This document shows, in pieces, positions 61,268-64,000 of a stretch of DNA of 64,000 nucleotides. This DNA is from Ramazzottius varieornatus. Its lineage: Eukaryota > Animalia > Tardigrada. Within the stretch, counting starts at the first letter, position 1. Every line of letters starts with the position of its first letter. Under the pieces are notes generated by a model. It did no database searches, had not been told where the DNA came from, and was given only the letters and a program-made list of their open reading frames with translations. The stretch is from assembly GCA_001949185.1 (NCBI GenBank), contig BDGG01000002.1:3221826-3285825 (forward strand), written 5' to 3'. A program made the translations under genes and the position numbers.

Positions 61268-62052
61268 CAGTGTTGTTCCGATTTGACTTTCTCAGTTTGA
61301 ATTGCAATTACGATTAATCGGAATTCCTCGCGTAGCAGCAATTTGAATCGCAGGTACCTCGTTCTGGCTGGATCATCAATTACGATCAATTCAAATTCAA
61401 GTCTCGGCAACAATTGAAATTATTCGAATTACTGGGATGGTGTTTTGCAATTTGAGTTTTCATAAAATTGGAATTTTTTGTTCGGTACCACGCGTCGGAT
61501 GGGTAAGCGTTTAGACTGACCTGGTATTTCGCGGAAAATACGTCGTTCTCAAGGTATCCAGTATGGATGGCTGTCGTCAATACGGACTGTTATGCTCCAG
61601 GAAGCCGCCACGGTGCGTCGCATAGGCATAAACTCGAACCCCACTGGAGAAACAGAAGCCTAGCAAGACTCGCCGTATACGTCATACAAGGACGAATTGC
61701 AGCTTCGCGAAGCACTTTGTACGCATTCTGAATTTCTGATTCTGCTGTGTACGTCCACCAGCGCACCGTTAGTCACTCAACCAAGCACTGACAGTGCTTC
61801 ACAGGGCGAGAAAGTGATAAATCCAAGTGCATTCCGCGTGCTTCTTTGGTGTCAGTTACTATTCGAATTACCAACATCTTCGATTTCAATTCTACATTGA
61901 AATATCTTCTCGTTCTTGGAATTCCGATTGAATTCCGATTAATATCGGAATGACCAACCCAGGATTTTCAATTTGAACGTTTATATCGGATTTCCAAAAC
62001 CGTCAAATTTGGCCATTTTCAATTACGAATTACAATAATCGGAACAACACTG
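61268..62052. mobile_element. Non-autonomous hAT-type element (16-bp TIR, 8-bp TSD) nested in another repeat
   Basis: GTGGATGT|CAGTGTTGTTCCGATT ... AATCGGAACAACACTG|GTGGATGC (TSD 7/8 identical). Confidence 0.85.
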
Positions 62053-62566
62053 GTGGATGCACGAAAATTTACCCGCGCATCCACACGCGGATAAAGTCGA
62101 GTTTGTCCGCGCGTACTTTTGAATCGCCCGGCTCACCATAAGCTAGAGCACGGAATCTGGCCGCATGCGCTGTACTGCACTGCAGCACAGCTGCAGCGCG
62201 TGAACTGACGAAGTTTGTGCGGCACAGCACAGCATACAGTAGAAAGCCATAGACTACCGCGCGGATGCACCTACCGAATCCTAACAAAAATTAGTTTTTT
62301 GGCATTCGAACGTCAGCCGTTTCAGCTTTGCCGTGCTTTAGGGCAACATTCTCCAGGCTGACTACCGATTTCGCTGACTAAATTACAAACCACGTCAATA
62401 CATCGGCGTTCCGCGCAGTTGCACCCAGGTCAATGTGCATCTGCAGCACAGCTGCTTAGCCAATGGGCATGACAGTTGTGCACCACAGCGCAGCGTACTG
62501 CGCCCTGGTAATGTGTGCAGCACAGTTACAGCGTACTTTTGGACCTGCGGCCCAGTGCTTTACCAC

Positions 62567-63243
62567 AAGCTCCGTTTCACTAGTGCCGTACTTTTGAATT
62601 TCGTTTCTCTTGGTTCAGAGAAGATGTCAATCGAGCTGGAACCTTCTGTGCGACTATATTTGTCCATCGGAGATATAAGATGGCCGTTGCAGTAAGTAGG
62701 GATCAGCTCTTGGTCATACCGCTATCGGGGAAGATCAGCTGATAAGATCTCCGCTTCCCGTCAGTATGGACCGGTACGAGCTCGTACTAAGCCGGGCACA
62801 GGTGTGCCGCTGCTCCGTCAAACAACGCGTATTCTAAATCAAAACGTGAAATGTTTTGCGCTCAGACAATCTATGACTGCAGCAATGGTCGAAACGTTTG
62901 AGACGTGGTTATTATTGCGCTGATATGCCTTGATTGTCTGATCACACATTATTTCTCGTTTTGATTCAGAATACACGTTGATTGACGGAGCAGCGGCACA
63001 CCTGTGCCCGGCTTAGTTTACGCGTACGAGCTCGCACCGGGCCATACTGACGGGAAGCGGAGATCTTATCAGCTGATCTTCCCTGATAGCGGGATTACCA
63101 AGAGCTGATCCCAATTTTCTGCAACGGCCATCTGATAGCTCCGATGGACAAATATTGTCGCACAGAAGGTTCCAGCTCGATTGGAATATCTCTCAGCTTA
63201 GAAAGGCGAAATCCAAAAGTACGGTACTCGTGAAACGGAGCTT
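62567..63243. mobile_element. Foldback element with about 285-bp inverted arms
   Basis: 62567-62850 is a close reverse complement of about 62950-63243 (e.g. GATCAGCTGATAAGATCTCCGCTTCCCGTCAGTATGG). Confidence 0.88.
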
Positions 63244-64000
63244 ACGAGCAACGATGGGCGGATGATTTACCCAGCCTAATATAAAAAATAAAGCAGATGT
63301 CTCGGACGACCTTCCAAGAGAGGCTGAAACTGGCATTCTGGTCATCGTTGCGTAAATCCTGTCTGTACTAATCAGGGCGCCTGGTGCTCGAGCGACGTTT
63401 GAAACAGTTTTTAAGCCTGAAAAATTCTAATTGGTTAATTGCCGTCTTTCCGTGGGGCTTTAACTCGATGTTGGGAAGCCGTTGCCTGTTTTCGGTATTT
63501 CGCTGGGTAAATCACCTGTCCAACGCTGCATACAGGTGGGATGAACCACTCGCGGACGCATGGAGGTTGGCGGACCGCTATCGCAAGCTTCGCAGATCCG
63601 CAGTTTTTTTCCAGAAAACTGCTCAAAGTTGCAGATCCGCAATGAAGTTTGTCGAAAATTCGGAAAAATACAGATCTGCAGTTATTTTTTTCGCTGAATT
63701 TCTTGAAATTGCTGGGGGCAATTTCGGTAATATGCAACCAATAAGGGCTTACAAAGATAGATTGCACCGCTGGTGAAATTACGACTGGCCTATTCATTTC
63801 ACCAGACATTACACTTTCGGTGTGATTACGAGTCGCTCCGGAACGACTCGTTATCACACCAGACTTAACCTACATCCCGAGTGCACTGTGCTCCCCTCCA
63901 AACTTTCAAATGTCACTTCCATGACGAAGTTTCTCGCTACTCGTCCTACTGGTGAGTGTATTGTGGTTCCTCCGACATCAAAGATCTCATAATCCTCCGA

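Overview
Eukaryotic (animal) genomic DNA with compact, intron-rich genes (many introns of about 45-90 nt), two 50-N gaps and a high density of DNA-transposon relics and inverted-repeat elements. A tardigrade origin is my inference from the short introns and a SAHS/FABP-like secreted gene; it is not proven. Genes I could reconstruct by hand: two tandem CUB-like/LDLa/trypsin proteases with hydrophobic C-termini; a secreted Tyr/Pro/Ser- and Gly/Asn-rich protein; an acireductone-dioxygenase-like cupin lacking the Glu metal ligand; an arylsulfatase B-like gene; a five-exon secreted FABP-fold (SAHS-like) gene that is barely visible in the ORF track; an internally deleted MFSD6-like transporter; two signal-peptide/KR-cleaved peptide precursors; a damaged CNNM Mg transporter; a class A GPCR with an NRY motif; and an intronless GT32 glycosyltransferase. 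Mobile DNA includes mariner, Tc4/Tc5-like elements with CTNAG targets, a MULE, an hAT-type element, a possible Sola element and several TA-flanked MITEs. Several frameshifts fall in homopolymer runs, so pseudogene calls may be consensus errors. All homology calls come from motif recognition by eye, not from database searches.
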